A stretch of DNA of 64,000 nt, taken from the NCBI GenBank assembly GCA_038850275.1, contig JAWCLZ010000006.1, forward strand, positions 393-64,392, in the 5' to 3' direction. Of the stretch, positions 39,077 through 49,412 are shown piece after piece. Within the stretch, counting starts at the first letter, position 1, and each line of letters opens with the position of its first letter. The position numbers and the translations under genes were made by a program. The notes under the pieces are model-generated. The model was not told the origin of the DNA, made no database searches, and was given only the letters and a program-made list of their open reading frames with translations. The stretch comes from Methanocellales archaeon (lineage in GTDB: Archaea > Halobacteriota > JAWCLZ01).

Positions 39077-39727
39077 ATGATCGATGAAGAAGCTCTAGCG
39101 GAGAAACGCAGGAAGCTTATTCGAGAACTGCGGTGGTGCGGGATAGAACCTAGAGTGCTTAAGGCGATGGAGAAAGTCCCGCGTCATTTATTTGTACCTG
39201 AACACCTTCGGGAACAAGCTTATATTGATTGTCCCCTTCCAATTGGTCTAAATCAAACCATCTCCGCTCCCCATATGGTTGCTCTTATGTGCAGCTATTT
39301 GGATCTCCAAGAGGAGATGAAGATTTTAGAGGTGGGCACGGGTTCTGGATATCACGCTGCTGTTATGGCTGAATTAGTTGGCAAAAATGGGCATGTTTAT
39401 ACCATAGAGCGCTTTGAATCTCTAGCCGAATTTGCTAGGGAAAATTTACTTCGCGCTAAAATTGAAAATGTCACTGTTGTAGTGGGCGATGGAACTCTAG
39501 GGCTACCAGAACATGCCCCTTATGATCGAATTTGCATAACAGCTTCAGCACCCGATATACCCCCTCCCTTGCTTGAGCAGCTTAAAAAAGGGGGAAAGAT
39601 GGTACTCCCAATTGGGAGGTATCATCAAGACCTCTATCTGGTTGAAAAAAATGACAAGATAAGGAAAACTTGCAAAGGTGGAGTGCGCTTCGTCCTATTG
39701 ATCGGGAAATATGGATTTCAAGAATAA
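39077..39727 (+). CDS. pcm: Protein-L-isoaspartate O-methyltransferase
   Basis: [25 protein letters not shown] and APYDRI motifs. Confidence 0.96.
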   Translation: MIDEEALAEKRRKLIRELRWCGIEPRVLKAMEKVPRHLFVPEHLREQAYIDCPLPIGLNQTISAPHMVALMCSYLDLQEEMKILEVGTGSGYHAAVMAELVGKNGHVYTIERFESLAEFARENLLRAKIENVTVVVGDGTLGLPEHAPYDRICITASAPDIPPPLLEQLKKGGKMVLPIGRYHQDLYLVEKNDKIRKTCKGGVRFVLLIGKYGFQE

Positions 39728-39771
39728 ATAGATAAAAATCTTGGTAGGAATTTAAGAATGATGATCAAGGA

Positions 39772-40275
39772 ATGTCGATGAAGAGAAATTATTCCCTGCT
39801 TGCTGCGATTGTGCTAATTCTATCGATACTCATAATAGTAGATAGACTCTTGACGGTGCCCAATATCCAAATCATACTTGAAAATGGCCGGGCAGTGCCT
39901 CTCGAGGGAGCAAGTTATTTTTCAATCAACGATGTCTTGATTTTGATCATATGCGCTTGGATAGGGGGAATGGCATTTATATATCTACTCACAATAACCA
40001 CTACTCCCCCTTCTAAGTTAACCGCGCCACCTGAAGTTATAAAACCTGGAGGTATAAAGCCTGAGGAAATTGCACTAGATATCTTAGATGGCGATGAAAA
40101 GATCATATATGCTGAAATAGTTGGATCTGGAAATGGCATTCTACAGCGGGACTTGGTGCTTAAAACAGGTTTCTCAGAAGCCAAAGTTAGTAGATTGCTT
40201 GATAAACTCGAGCGGAGGCAATTGATCATTCGAAGGAGACACGGTATGGGAAATCTGATAATGCTCAAAAAATAG
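39772..40275 (+). CDS. Two-TM membrane-anchored winged-HTH regulator (COG2512-like)
   Basis: Two TM helices, then LDGDEKII...ILQRDLVLKTGFSEAKVSRLLDKLERRQLIIRRRHGMGN. Confidence 0.85.
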   Translation: MSMKRNYSLLAAIVLILSILIIVDRLLTVPNIQIILENGRAVPLEGASYFSINDVLILIICAWIGGMAFIYLLTITTTPPSKLTAPPEVIKPGGIKPEEIALDILDGDEKIIYAEIVGSGNGILQRDLVLKTGFSEAKVSRLLDKLERRQLIIRRRHGMGNLIMLKK

Positions 40276-40390
40276 TTCCTCAGTTTTACCTATCATTTTC
40301 CACTTTCATTTTTTACTTTTTTAACCTTTCATTTTTTCACAAGTATTTTCACAGAATTTTTTTATGCTCTTTCAAAATAAAATATAAGGC

Positions 40391-40810
40391 GTGAGGATAG
40401 CTAGCTATTTAAGGAAATTGAGCAAGTGGAGAGTTCTCGCTATACTGCTGATCGCTTTTCTCATATTATTCATAGCTGCTCGTATTCTATATATAGAGTC
40501 ACACCGCATTAGCTTAACCCAAGAGCAGCGTGAGCGCGCTGAAAATGCAGCACGTCTTGCATTCGAGGGCAAATTAACCCCTGATTTCAAGAGTTATATC
40601 CAGAATTCAGGATGGTATTTTGATACACCTAGTGGAATTAAAAAAATCGTTTATGTTTCTTTTAACACGAATAACTCAAGCTTGGGAGCGCTTGTTGATC
40701 TTGATACATATGAAGTTGTTCGCATAAGCGAGGTATACTATAAAGGCTGGATGGAGGAATATAATCGCTTGCGACCTGAATATTGGGTTCATCAGAAATT
40801 TCTCAGGTGA
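40391..40810 (+). CDS. Membrane-anchored hypothetical protein
   Basis: Single N-terminal TM helix; first gene of the ABC operon. Confidence 0.65.
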   Translation: MRIASYLRKLSKWRVLAILLIAFLILFIAARILYIESHRISLTQEQRERAENAARLAFEGKLTPDFKSYIQNSGWYFDTPSGIKKIVYVSFNTNNSSLGALVDLDTYEVVRISEVYYKGWMEEYNRLRPEYWVHQKFLR

Positions 40811-40815
40811 AACAT

Positions 40816-41499
40816 ATGGCGGAGATATTGGTTGAACTTGATAATGTCTGGAAAATCTATCGCGTTGGAGAAATCGAAGTACTAGCTCTTCGAGGTTTAA
40901 ATTTGAAGATAGAGCGCGGGGAGTTCCTTGTTATAATGGGACCAAGTGGAAGTGGGAAGACAACTGCTATGAATATGATTGGCTGCCTAGACCTGCCAAC
41001 TAAAGGAAGAGTGCTGTTAGAGGGCAGGGATATTTCAAAGTTGACGGAGAAAGAACTAGCTAGGATAAGAGGCAGGAAAATTGGCTTTGTATTTCAAACC
41101 TTCAATCTTCATCCAACTCTAACAGCTATTGAAAATGTTCAATTACCAATGAGGATCCACGAATTCCCGGAGGAGGAAATTGAGGAGAGATCCTTGGAAC
41201 TCCTTCGCTTAGTTGGCCTTGAGGATAGAGCACACCATCTCCCCTCACAGCTCTCAGGAGGAGAGAGCCAGAGGGTTGCAATTGCAAGAGCGCTCTCAAC
41301 CAATCCATCTATGCTCTTGGCAGATGAGCCAACGGGGAATATCGATACCAAGGCAGGGGGCGAGATTCTAGATATATTCGAGAGTTTGAATCGCGAGGGG
41401 ATTACTATTGTTGTGATAACTCATGATCCACTTGTTGGAAATAGGGCTAAGCGATTGGTCAAAATGAGAGATGGTATGATTGTGGATGGTGAAAAATGA
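40816..41499 (+). CDS. ABC ATP-binding protein (LolD/MacB type)
   Basis: GPSGSGKT, GFVFQTFNL, LSGGESQRVAIARAL and ADEPTGN motifs. Confidence 0.95.
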   Translation: MAEILVELDNVWKIYRVGEIEVLALRGLNLKIERGEFLVIMGPSGSGKTTAMNMIGCLDLPTKGRVLLEGRDISKLTEKELARIRGRKIGFVFQTFNLHPTLTAIENVQLPMRIHEFPEEEIEERSLELLRLVGLEDRAHHLPSQLSGGESQRVAIARALSTNPSMLLADEPTGNIDTKAGGEILDIFESLNREGITIVVITHDPLVGNRAKRLVKMRDGMIVDGEK

Positions 41500-42734
41500 T
41501 GAGAAAAAATATTATAGGTATTGCGATGCTTGCTATCGCTTTAGCGATGGTAAACATTGCCAGCGCGATTGCTACGCCTAGTGGGATAATGGTTTCAAAC
41601 ACGAAGTATGAGCCATATCCAGCTGAGCCAGGGAGTTACTTAGAGCTCTGGTTCTTGGTTAAGAATAGAGGAGACAAAAGTGCTGAGAACATTGTACTCC
41701 AACTAGTGCCAGAGTATCCCTTCTTAGTTGATAGAGAGGAGGAGAGCTATGCTACCATTGGCTTTCTAGCTGGTGGGAGTGAGGCTGTGGTGAGCTTTAA
41801 AGTTAGAGTGGATGCAAATGCAATTGAAGGAGTCAGCGAGATTAAATTGAAATTCTGGGCACGCGGGGAAACAAGTGCTACCACTGAAACATTTTATATT
41901 CAAGTTGCAGGTAAGAAGAACATTGAGATAAGCGAGATCACTCCCCTTATATTGAAGCCTGGTGAAATTGCAAATTTGAACTTCACCATTGCGAATAAAG
42001 GTAAATCACCAATACAAGATATAACTTTCACTTGGCAGGAAAGCAGGGATATGATTCTTCCAATTGGCTCAGATAACAAGCGCTATATCCGATCCCTAGG
42101 CGTAGATGAAAGCGTGCAGATTTCATTCAAAGTTGCCACTAGTGCAAGCGCTACACCCGGGGTTTATTCACTTATGATGAGCATTAGCTATACAGATACC
42201 AATAAAACACAGCGCAATTTGAGCTCAAGAGCTGGCATTGTGATTGGAGGCACAACTGAGTTTGAAGTTAGCCAGCAGGAATCATCGAGTGGCCTAATCT
42301 CACTTGTAATAGTCAATGTAGGTGTGAATCCAGCTTACTCCATAGTAGTATTCATACCTCATCAGCAGGGTATGAGTACAATTGGGAGTTCTTCAACAGT
42401 GATCGGAAACCTTAATCCAGGTGATTACACTTATGCAAGCTTCCAGGTCTCAAGAAACTTTAGCGATATGCGAAGGCCTATTGATACAAGAGTAGATCAG
42501 CCTTTAAATAAACTGCTAGTGGGCATTCAATACACAGATACACTTGGCCATAGGCAAACAATATTTAAAGAATTAGAGCTCCAACCGCAGTCTACAGGTA
42601 CAATTCAACTTAGCGCTAGATCGCAAACTAGTGATACAACTTGGATGTATATCTGGGGACTTGCTGCCATAGTTGTTCTACTAGCCATTTGGAAGAGGGA
42701 TAGAATACTGCGAGCTATTAGAAGGAAAAAATAG
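41496..42734 (+). CDS. COG1361-type S-layer-like Ig-fold protein
   Basis: Signal peptide, YEPYPAEPG, repeated NxG...L.PG Ig-like modules and a C-terminal TM helix with a basic tail. Confidence 0.8.
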   Translation: MMRKNIIGIAMLAIALAMVNIASAIATPSGIMVSNTKYEPYPAEPGSYLELWFLVKNRGDKSAENIVLQLVPEYPFLVDREEESYATIGFLAGGSEAVVSFKVRVDANAIEGVSEIKLKFWARGETSATTETFYIQVAGKKNIEISEITPLILKPGEIANLNFTIANKGKSPIQDITFTWQESRDMILPIGSDNKRYIRSLGVDESVQISFKVATSASATPGVYSLMMSISYTDTNKTQRNLSSRAGIVIGGTTEFEVSQQESSSGLISLVIVNVGVNPAYSIVVFIPHQQGMSTIGSSSTVIGNLNPGDYTYASFQVSRNFSDMRRPIDTRVDQPLNKLLVGIQYTDTLGHRQTIFKELELQPQSTGTIQLSARSQTSDTTWMYIWGLAAIVVLLAIWKRDRILRAIRRKK

Positions 42735-42739
42735 GCGAA

Positions 42740-43987
42740 TTGGAAATGAGGTTCTACGATATATTCAAGCTATCTTTGAATCACGTTCGCAAGAGCAAGC
42801 TCCGAAGCTGGCTCACCATCATAGGTATAATAATAGGTGTAGCTGCAGTTGTAGCCATAGTTTCGATTGGCGAGGGAATGCAGCAAACTGTTTCAATGCG
42901 GCTTAGTACACTGGGAGCTGATATTATTACAATTACCCCTGGTTATACTAGAGCAATTGGAGGTGTTGCCTTTGGACAAGCAGGGCCTTCTATATCGACT
43001 GCTAATCTCACTGAAAAAGATGTTAAAATGGTTAAATCAGTCCCAGGCGTGCTCTTTGTAAATGGAATTGTATCAGGAAGAGAAAAGGTCAAGTATCTCG
43101 ACCAAGAAGCCTCGCTATCTATAAGAGGCGTTGATCCAGCGGTATGGAGGTTCTTTATCACCACAGAACTTGAATCAGGTCGGTTTTTAAACCCAGGGGA
43201 TTCCAATGTTGCAGTTATTGGATATAGAGTTGCGAGGGAAGTTTTCAAGCAGCCCATTACTATAAATAGATTGATCACAATAAATGGACAGGGATTTAGA
43301 GTCGTGGGAGTTTTAAAGCAAACTGGCGGCTTTGGAGGAGAAGATTCAGCCATTTTTATTCCAATTGTGAATGCAAGGAATGTTATTAAAGATATAGCGC
43401 CAGATCAAGTTACCTCTATTTCAGTGAAGGTTGCGAATATAGATGAAGTCGATGCTATTGCTAAAGTAATTGAGGAAAGACTCATGATTTCTAGACACGT
43501 TACTGAGAGAACCAAGGACTTCACAGTTACATCTGCGAAGCAATTGCTGCAGCAGATAAGCGAGGTAATGCAGTCAATAACAATATTTTTAGGAGGGATA
43601 GCTGCGGTTAGCCTATTGGTTGGAGCAGTTGGAATAGCAAATACAATGTTCATGTCAGTATTAGAGCGAACTAGGGAGATTGGTATATTAAAGGCAATGG
43701 GAGCAACGAATGGAGAGGTGCTTCTAATTTTCTTGATTGAATCAGCACTATTTGGAGTTGTTGGCGGAGTAATAGGAATAATCGCAGGAGCAGTTATATC
43801 CATGGTTATCTCCGCCATTGGATTGAGAATGATAGGCCCAGGCGGAGCCATAACCACTGTTATAACCCCTAGTCTTGTACTATTTGCTATTTGCTTCTCA
43901 ATATTTCTAGGTGCTATCTCAGGGTTAATACCAGCTAGGCAGGCTGCAAAGTTAAAACCAGTAGATGCGCTGAGATATGAGCACTAG
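42740..43987 (+). CDS. ABC permease (MacB/FtsX family)
   Basis: RSWLTIIGIIIGVAAV, GIANTMFMSVLERTREIGILKAMGA and PARQAAKLKPVDALRYE motifs. Confidence 0.95.
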   Translation: MEMRFYDIFKLSLNHVRKSKLRSWLTIIGIIIGVAAVVAIVSIGEGMQQTVSMRLSTLGADIITITPGYTRAIGGVAFGQAGPSISTANLTEKDVKMVKSVPGVLFVNGIVSGREKVKYLDQEASLSIRGVDPAVWRFFITTELESGRFLNPGDSNVAVIGYRVAREVFKQPITINRLITINGQGFRVVGVLKQTGGFGGEDSAIFIPIVNARNVIKDIAPDQVTSISVKVANIDEVDAIAKVIEERLMISRHVTERTKDFTVTSAKQLLQQISEVMQSITIFLGGIAAVSLLVGAVGIANTMFMSVLERTREIGILKAMGATNGEVLLIFLIESALFGVVGGVIGIIAGAVISMVISAIGLRMIGPGGAITTVITPSLVLFAICFSIFLGAISGLIPARQAAKLKPVDALRYEH

Positions 43988-43990
43988 CGC

Positions 43991-44716
43991 TTAGAATTTT
44001 TCAATAACTTCCACTATGCTTTTTAAATTCTCCACCTCTCCATCTGGCTTGACATTCACTTCTTCCAACTTCGAAAGTGGTTTATATAATATTGCTTTCA
44101 TCCCAGCATTTTTCGCGCCAAATATATCTGACTTCAAGTGATCCCCTATGTGCACCGCCTCGCTGCTTTGCACTGAGAGCACATTAAGGGTGTGGATAAA
44201 AGGCGCTGGATGTGGTTTTCTCAAGCCAATTTCATTTGAGAATGTAAGGTGTTGGAAATAGGGAATTAAACCTATTTCGCGGAGCATTTGCCTCAATACT
44301 TTACCTGGAGTTCTACCTGTATTGGAGATCAGCCCTAATTTATATCCCCTATCCTTCAAGACCTGCAGGCACTCCTCAGCCCCAGCTATAACAATTGGCG
44401 GTTTCTTAAGCACTACCTCGGTATATGGTTTATCTAACTTGGTAATTAGCCCTCGATCTGACTCTATTCGCAATAGAGAGAGCATTATTTCAATTTGCTC
44501 AGCAACATCGATCTCTTTATCGCTGCGCTTTCTTAGCTCGTCAAAGATCGCTCCAGATCTTTGATAGACCTCTAGTAATTCCCTTCTCTCAACTTCATAT
44601 CCACTGGCAAGGAGGATTTCAAGCATTCCCTCAATTCTCATATTCATCCAATATTCACTTAGCTCTCTAGAGTCATTCACAAGAGTATGCCAGAGATCAA
44701 AAGTCACAGCTTGCAT
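43991..44716 (-). CDS. HAD-superfamily hydrolase
   Basis: FDLWHTL, ISNT, RKPHP and HIGD...DIFGA motifs. Confidence 0.9.
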   Translation of the reverse strand: MQAVTFDLWHTLVNDSRELSEYWMNMRIEGMLEILLASGYEVERRELLEVYQRSGAIFDELRKRSDKEIDVAEQIEIMLSLLRIESDRGLITKLDKPYTEVVLKKPPIVIAGAEECLQVLKDRGYKLGLISNTGRTPGKVLRQMLREIGLIPYFQHLTFSNEIGLRKPHPAPFIHTLNVLSVQSSEAVHIGDHLKSDIFGAKNAGMKAILYKPLSKLEEVNVKPDGEVENLKSIVEVIEKF

Positions 44717-45531
44717 TGCTTCTTCCTCCTCAAGCGATCTATTTCACTTTTCAAGGCATATGCAGCTTCCCTCGCTGTTGAATCAAAGTCCTCTGCTTCA
44801 CCTGCATAGATAATCGCGCGAGCTGAGTTAATGATCGCTTTATCTCCACTTGAATTTGTGCCGAATTTAACTGCGCATTCCAAATCGCCACATTGAGCTC
44901 CTATGCCAGGGATCAAGATCTGCATTTCTTCACCCACTATTTCCCGCGCTCTTTTCAATGCCTCAGGCGAAAGGGCTCCAACCACAAGGCCTAGGTTGCC
45001 TTTTTCATTCCACTCCATTGCCTTTCTAGCAACGATTTCAAATAGCTCCACGCCATCTTTAAATTTTAAATGCTGGAGCTCAAGAGCACTTTTATTTGAA
45101 GTTCTGCAGATTAAGAATACACCCTTATCCTCGTATTCCAAAAATGGCTGCACTCCATCTCGCCCTAGATATGGGTTCACTGTCACTGCATCAAAGCCAT
45201 ATGTCTCGAACACTGCCTTTGCATATACCTTGGAAGCATGGCCAACATCGCAGAATTTAGCATCGCAGATAACTGGGATATCGCGGGGTATATATGCAAC
45301 TGTCCTAGTTAAAGCCTCCACTCCCTTCGCTCCTGATGAGAGATAGAATCCCAAGTTGAGTTTATATGCACATACTAAATCGCAGGTGGAATTTATGATG
45401 CGCTTGTTGAATTCAAATATTGCATCTTCAGAGCTTCGCAGAAAAACTGGAATTTTATCAAGCAATGTATCCAAGCCAATGCATAGCAGAGATTCGCGTT
45501 GTTTTCTCAAGAGCTTGGACTTGAATTCCAT
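44704..45531 (-). CDS. pyrF: Orotidine-5'-phosphate decarboxylase (long, subfamily 2)
   Basis: LCIGLD, DAKFCDVG, TVNPYLG, CRTSN, LIPGIGAQ and INSARAI motifs. Confidence 0.92.
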   Translation of the reverse strand: MEFKSKLLRKQRESLLCIGLDTLLDKIPVFLRSSEDAIFEFNKRIINSTCDLVCAYKLNLGFYLSSGAKGVEALTRTVAYIPRDIPVICDAKFCDVGHASKVYAKAVFETYGFDAVTVNPYLGRDGVQPFLEYEDKGVFLICRTSNKSALELQHLKFKDGVELFEIVARKAMEWNEKGNLGLVVGALSPEALKRAREIVGEEMQILIPGIGAQCGDLECAVKFGTNSSGDKAIINSARAIIYAGEAEDFDSTAREAAYALKSEIDRLRRKKQCKL

Positions 45532-45554
45532 AGAGAAAAAATAAAAAGAAGAGC

Positions 45555-46451
45555 TTATTTAAATAGCTCTGCCAGTTTTATTTGATAGGGCCCTAGTTTA
45601 CCTCCGAAGTTGCCAGCAGTTATCTTCACCACTCCAGGTATTTTAACTGCTGCTTCGATTCCAACCTTTGTTGCCTTCTTTATGGATTCGAGGTCTAATC
45701 CATTGATTACAATTTCATATATTGCTTCAACACCCTCTGGTACCAAGCTGCCTTCAACCTTTGTTCTCAAAGTTGGTGCGAATTTTTCATTAGTAGAAGC
45801 CTTCAAAAATTTATATTTATTTGAGCCAACTTTTGAGCCACTTGCTACTATGCCGCCTGTGAAGGGTGTTATTACATTGTCCACATTTGCAATGGCATCA
45901 ACAGCTGCCTCTGCCGCTGCAAGAGCAGCCATTTGATTCTTGCCCATTATGAAGAAATTACCCCCGGCAATTCCTTGTTGCCAGCCAAAGTTTTCTTCAA
46001 CTATGAACTCACCCTGCATCATAGGTATGCGGTAGACCTTTCGCCCTCCAATGGTGTCAATGGTTTCATAGCCATCTGCAAAGAACTTCAATTTAAATCC
46101 AGTGTTTATTTGCTTCTCAGCATTTGGCAAGCCATTGAATGCAGCGCAAGTTGGCGCTGTTAAAACACATTGACCAATTCTATTTAGCAATTGAGTATCT
46201 AGCTCTTTGGCGCTGCCGTGGCAGATGAATATGCTTACTCCCGGTCTTCCATCAGGTGTTTCAGTATTGGCAAGTATTTTTTCTATTCCAGCTTCAGCAG
46301 GGCAGGCAATGATTGAAGTGCCAAAGCCTGTGGCTTCAGTAGCAGCTGCAAGGGCCCAGCGCTTTGTGGCTGCAGTTATTATCACTCTTGCTATTTTTAT
46401 TGGAAATGCCTCTGCAAAAGTGTCCTCGATTTCAACTCCATTTAACTTCAA
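45555..46451 (-). CDS. ftr: Formylmethanofuran--tetrahydromethanopterin formyltransferase
   Basis: EIEDTFAEAF, TGFGTSIIACPAEAG, TPDGRPG, SGSKVGS and TAGNFGGKLG motifs. Confidence 0.97.
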   Translation of the reverse strand: MKLNGVEIEDTFAEAFPIKIARVIITAATKRWALAAATEATGFGTSIIACPAEAGIEKILANTETPDGRPGVSIFICHGSAKELDTQLLNRIGQCVLTAPTCAAFNGLPNAEKQINTGFKLKFFADGYETIDTIGGRKVYRIPMMQGEFIVEENFGWQQGIAGGNFFIMGKNQMAALAAAEAAVDAIANVDNVITPFTGGIVASGSKVGSNKYKFLKASTNEKFAPTLRTKVEGSLVPEGVEAIYEIVINGLDLESIKKATKVGIEAAVKIPGVVKITAGNFGGKLGPYQIKLAELFK

Positions 46452-46516
46452 TTTAATTCCCCCGACATTTCCATTGTATATGCTTGTTAAAATTTTTTTT
46501 CTTTTGAAACGCTTAT

Positions 46517-47407
46517 TTAAATTCCCAGTTTAGCTAGGCGTTCATCTATGTGTTTCTGTATTTTCTCTATTTCCTCATCAGGCAAATGTCTGAATCTCCC
46601 CTGCAGCCTTAAATATTCTTTAACTGGAACTTTCTTGGCAATTTTCCTAGGCTTGAATTCGCCATTCTCATATTCCGCAAGGATCCACATTCCACTTTGC
46701 ACTGCTAGCCTTGCAATTTCAATAGTCAGCGAGGTATCATATCGCCAGCCAGTTGGACATGGCGAGTGGATTTGAATATACTTGGGGCCTATTATCTTGG
46801 AAGCTTTTTCAATTTTATTAATTAAATCCTGGGGATAGCCAATCGATGCAGTTGCAGCATAGGGAATATCATGAGCAGCGGCTATCTTAGCAACATCTTT
46901 TTTCCAAGTATCCTGCCCAATGCTTATTCTCCCAGGTGGCGAGGTTGTTGTCCAAGCTCCATATGGCGTTGAGCTTGATCTCTGTATCCCTGTATTCATA
47001 TAGGCTTCATTGTCATAGCAGATATACAGGAAATCGTGGCCTCTCTCAAGCGCGCCTGAGAGGGCTTGAAGTCCTATATCTGCAGTGCCTCCATCTCCAG
47101 CTATTACCACCACATTTATTCTCTCCTTGGCTCTTCTGCCCTTCTTCATCTGAATTTTAAGCGCAGCTTCTATCCCGCTTGCTACTGCTGCTGTATTTTC
47201 AAATAAAGAGTGGATATAGGGCACCATCCAAGCATTATCTGGATATGGGGTTGAAACTATTTCCATGCATGAGGTAGCATTCACAATGATTGTTCTTGGG
47301 CCAAGTACTTTGAGTATTAGCCTCAGTGCTATTGGTGCAGCACATCCAGCGCAAGCTCTATGGCCGTGAATGAAATATTCTTCCTTAGGTAGCTCAGTTA
47401 GATTCAT
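46517..47407 (-). CDS. porB: Pyruvate/2-oxoacid:ferredoxin oxidoreductase beta subunit
   Basis: GHRACAGC, AGDGGTADIG (TPP motif), YDNEAYMNTGIQRS and SPCPTGW. Confidence 0.93.
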   Translation of the reverse strand: MNLTELPKEEYFIHGHRACAGCAAPIALRLILKVLGPRTIIVNATSCMEIVSTPYPDNAWMVPYIHSLFENTAAVASGIEAALKIQMKKGRRAKERINVVVIAGDGGTADIGLQALSGALERGHDFLYICYDNEAYMNTGIQRSSSTPYGAWTTTSPPGRISIGQDTWKKDVAKIAAAHDIPYAATASIGYPQDLINKIEKASKIIGPKYIQIHSPCPTGWRYDTSLTIEIARLAVQSGMWILAEYENGEFKPRKIAKKVPVKEYLRLQGRFRHLPDEEIEKIQKHIDERLAKLGI

Positions 47408-48564
47408 TCTCTCACCCCTATGAATTTACAGTCGAAGAATTGCTTTTTCTTCAATGCATCCTCGCATAGTTTAAACATTAGCCTTAGTTCATTCATTGAA
47501 ATATCTCTCCCTCCAAGTCCAGCTATGAAGCCAAGAACTGGAATATCGAGCGCTGCTCTAACTTCAATTGCAACTGGGCCTCCAGCGCCAAAAGAAACAC
47601 TTCTATCAAGCACTCCAACTATGCTCGCATTTCGCAGCGCTGTTTGAAGGGCATTCTTAGGAAATGGTCTAAAGGTTCGCAGCTTTATGTGTCCCACTTT
47701 CTTCCCTTGCTTGCGCAATTCATCTACAATGCTCTTTGCAGCCCCAGCGATTGAACCCATTGTTATGAGGACAACTTCTGCATCTTCAACGAGGTATTCT
47801 TCAATTAAACCATAGCTCCTTCCAAATTTTCTGCCGAATTCTTGGCCTATTTTGGGGATTACTCTTAAGGCACAGCGCATTCCTTCTAACTGCTGGCGCT
47901 TGAATTCAGTGTAATATTCTGGAAATGCATATGCACCTATCGCACTTGGGAAATCCGGGTCGAGTTTAAATCGAGGTTTAAATTCAGGCACAAATTCTTG
48001 AATCGATTCTTTATCCTCTACTAAGACTTTCTCATATGTGTGACTCAAGAAAAACCCATCTAGGTTTACCATAACTGGAAGGTAAACATTTTTATGCTCC
48101 GCTATTCTATATGCTTGAATTATGGTATCGAAAACTTCTTGTGCATTTTCACAGTAAAGCTGAATCCACCCTGAGTCACGCTGTGCCATGGAATCGCTGT
48201 GATCACACCATATATTCAGCGGCGAGCTCAAGGCGCGATTTGAAACACTCATAACTATTGGCAATCTAGAGCCTGAAATTGCGAAGAGCACTTCGTGCAT
48301 TAATGCTAAGCCCTGAGAAGAAGTCGCGGTGAAAGTTCTAGAGCCAACTGCTGCTGCACCAGCGCAAACGCTTAAGGCAGAGTGCTCAGATTCCACTTTT
48401 ATAAAACTGGCATCCATCTCGCCATCTGCAATATATTGAGAAATGTACTCAACAACGTGAGTCTGAGGAGTAATTGGATATGCTGAAACCACATCTATAT
48501 CAATTCTCTTAACTGCCTCTGCAACTGCTATATTGCCGGAAATAAATTTAATTTGACTTGGCAT
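47404..48564 (-). CDS. porA: Pyruvate/2-oxoacid:ferredoxin oxidoreductase alpha subunit
   Basis: AYPITPQT, VESEHSA and TATSSQGL motifs. Confidence 0.93.
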   Translation of the reverse strand: MPSQIKFISGNIAVAEAVKRIDIDVVSAYPITPQTHVVEYISQYIADGEMDASFIKVESEHSALSVCAGAAAVGSRTFTATSSQGLALMHEVLFAISGSRLPIVMSVSNRALSSPLNIWCDHSDSMAQRDSGWIQLYCENAQEVFDTIIQAYRIAEHKNVYLPVMVNLDGFFLSHTYEKVLVEDKESIQEFVPEFKPRFKLDPDFPSAIGAYAFPEYYTEFKRQQLEGMRCALRVIPKIGQEFGRKFGRSYGLIEEYLVEDAEVVLITMGSIAGAAKSIVDELRKQGKKVGHIKLRTFRPFPKNALQTALRNASIVGVLDRSVSFGAGGPVAIEVRAALDIPVLGFIAGLGGRDISMNELRLMFKLCEDALKKKQFFDCKFIGVRE

Positions 48565-48587
48565 TTCACTCCTCCACTCTTCCAGTT

Positions 48588-48863
48588 TTATTCCTCAAGT
48601 TTCATTTCAATTGCCTTTTTCGGACACTCGTGAGCGCAAATTCCACAGCCCTTGCAGTAATCAAGGTTTACATCGTAGTGGGTTGGAAGTTCTACTCTTG
48701 AGCTATCAGGACAGTAAATCCAACATAGCTTGCATTTATTGCATTTCTCAGGATTGGTAACTGGTCTATAGGTCCTCCAACCACCTGTTTTATTAACAAT
48801 AGCTGTACCTGGTTTATCTATATATGCACCAATTGGAAGCTCCTTCCATCCCTTCAATCTCAT
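48588..48863 (-). CDS. porD: 2-oxoacid:ferredoxin oxidoreductase delta subunit
   Basis: KTGGWRTYRP, CNKCKLCWIYCPD and YCKGCGICAHECP motifs. Confidence 0.93.
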   Translation of the reverse strand: MRLKGWKELPIGAYIDKPGTAIVNKTGGWRTYRPVTNPEKCNKCKLCWIYCPDSSRVELPTHYDVNLDYCKGCGICAHECPKKAIEMKLEE

Positions 48864-49402
48864 ATGACCACTGTCTCCTTATAGGCTCTCTCAACGATCT
48901 CAACATTTTTTTCACCGATTTTGCCAAGGAATTTCTTCAGCACCAGTTTCTTAACGGTTTCGAGCTTCACTGCTTCCGTGGCTTTTACAAAAGCACCTAT
49001 TATAGCGGTATTGGTTATGGGAACGCCAACTATTTCCAATGCGATATGCTGTGCATTCACCACAGCTAGTTTTTTAACGTTTAACTTTTCCCTAACGCGA
49101 TTGCTATCTCTACTTGCAACAATAACCAAGCCATTTGTTTTCAATCCACTGGTAACGTCAACAACATTTAGCAAGCTTTCATCCAACACCATAACAACAT
49201 CTGGATTTTTAATAACCCCCCTAATTGGAATTGGCTTATCATCAAGTCTAGCAAACGCCATAACAGGTGCTCCTCTTCGCTCAGGTCCAAATAGAGGAAA
49301 TGCTTGACCATATCTTCCCTCAACCACATTTGCCTCAGCTATGATCTCAGCTGCGGTAACTGCTCCCTGTCCACCTCTACCGTGGAGTCTTACTTCAAGC
49401 AT
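48860..49402 (-). CDS. porC: 2-oxoacid:ferredoxin oxidoreductase gamma subunit
   Basis: MLEVRLHGRGGQG and FGPERRGAPV motifs; ATG 49402 follows GGGGAG. Confidence 0.93.
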   Translation of the reverse strand: MLEVRLHGRGGQGAVTAAEIIAEANVVEGRYGQAFPLFGPERRGAPVMAFARLDDKPIPIRGVIKNPDVVMVLDESLLNVVDVTSGLKTNGLVIVASRDSNRVREKLNVKKLAVVNAQHIALEIVGVPITNTAIIGAFVKATEAVKLETVKKLVLKKFLGKIGEKNVEIVERAYKETVVI

Positions 49403-49412
49403 TTCATCTCCC

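Noticed and set aside
44704-45531. Long-type PyrF as a novel system
   Set aside because: It is a known subfamily and at most a single-gene transfer; the catalytic DxKxxD motif is intact.
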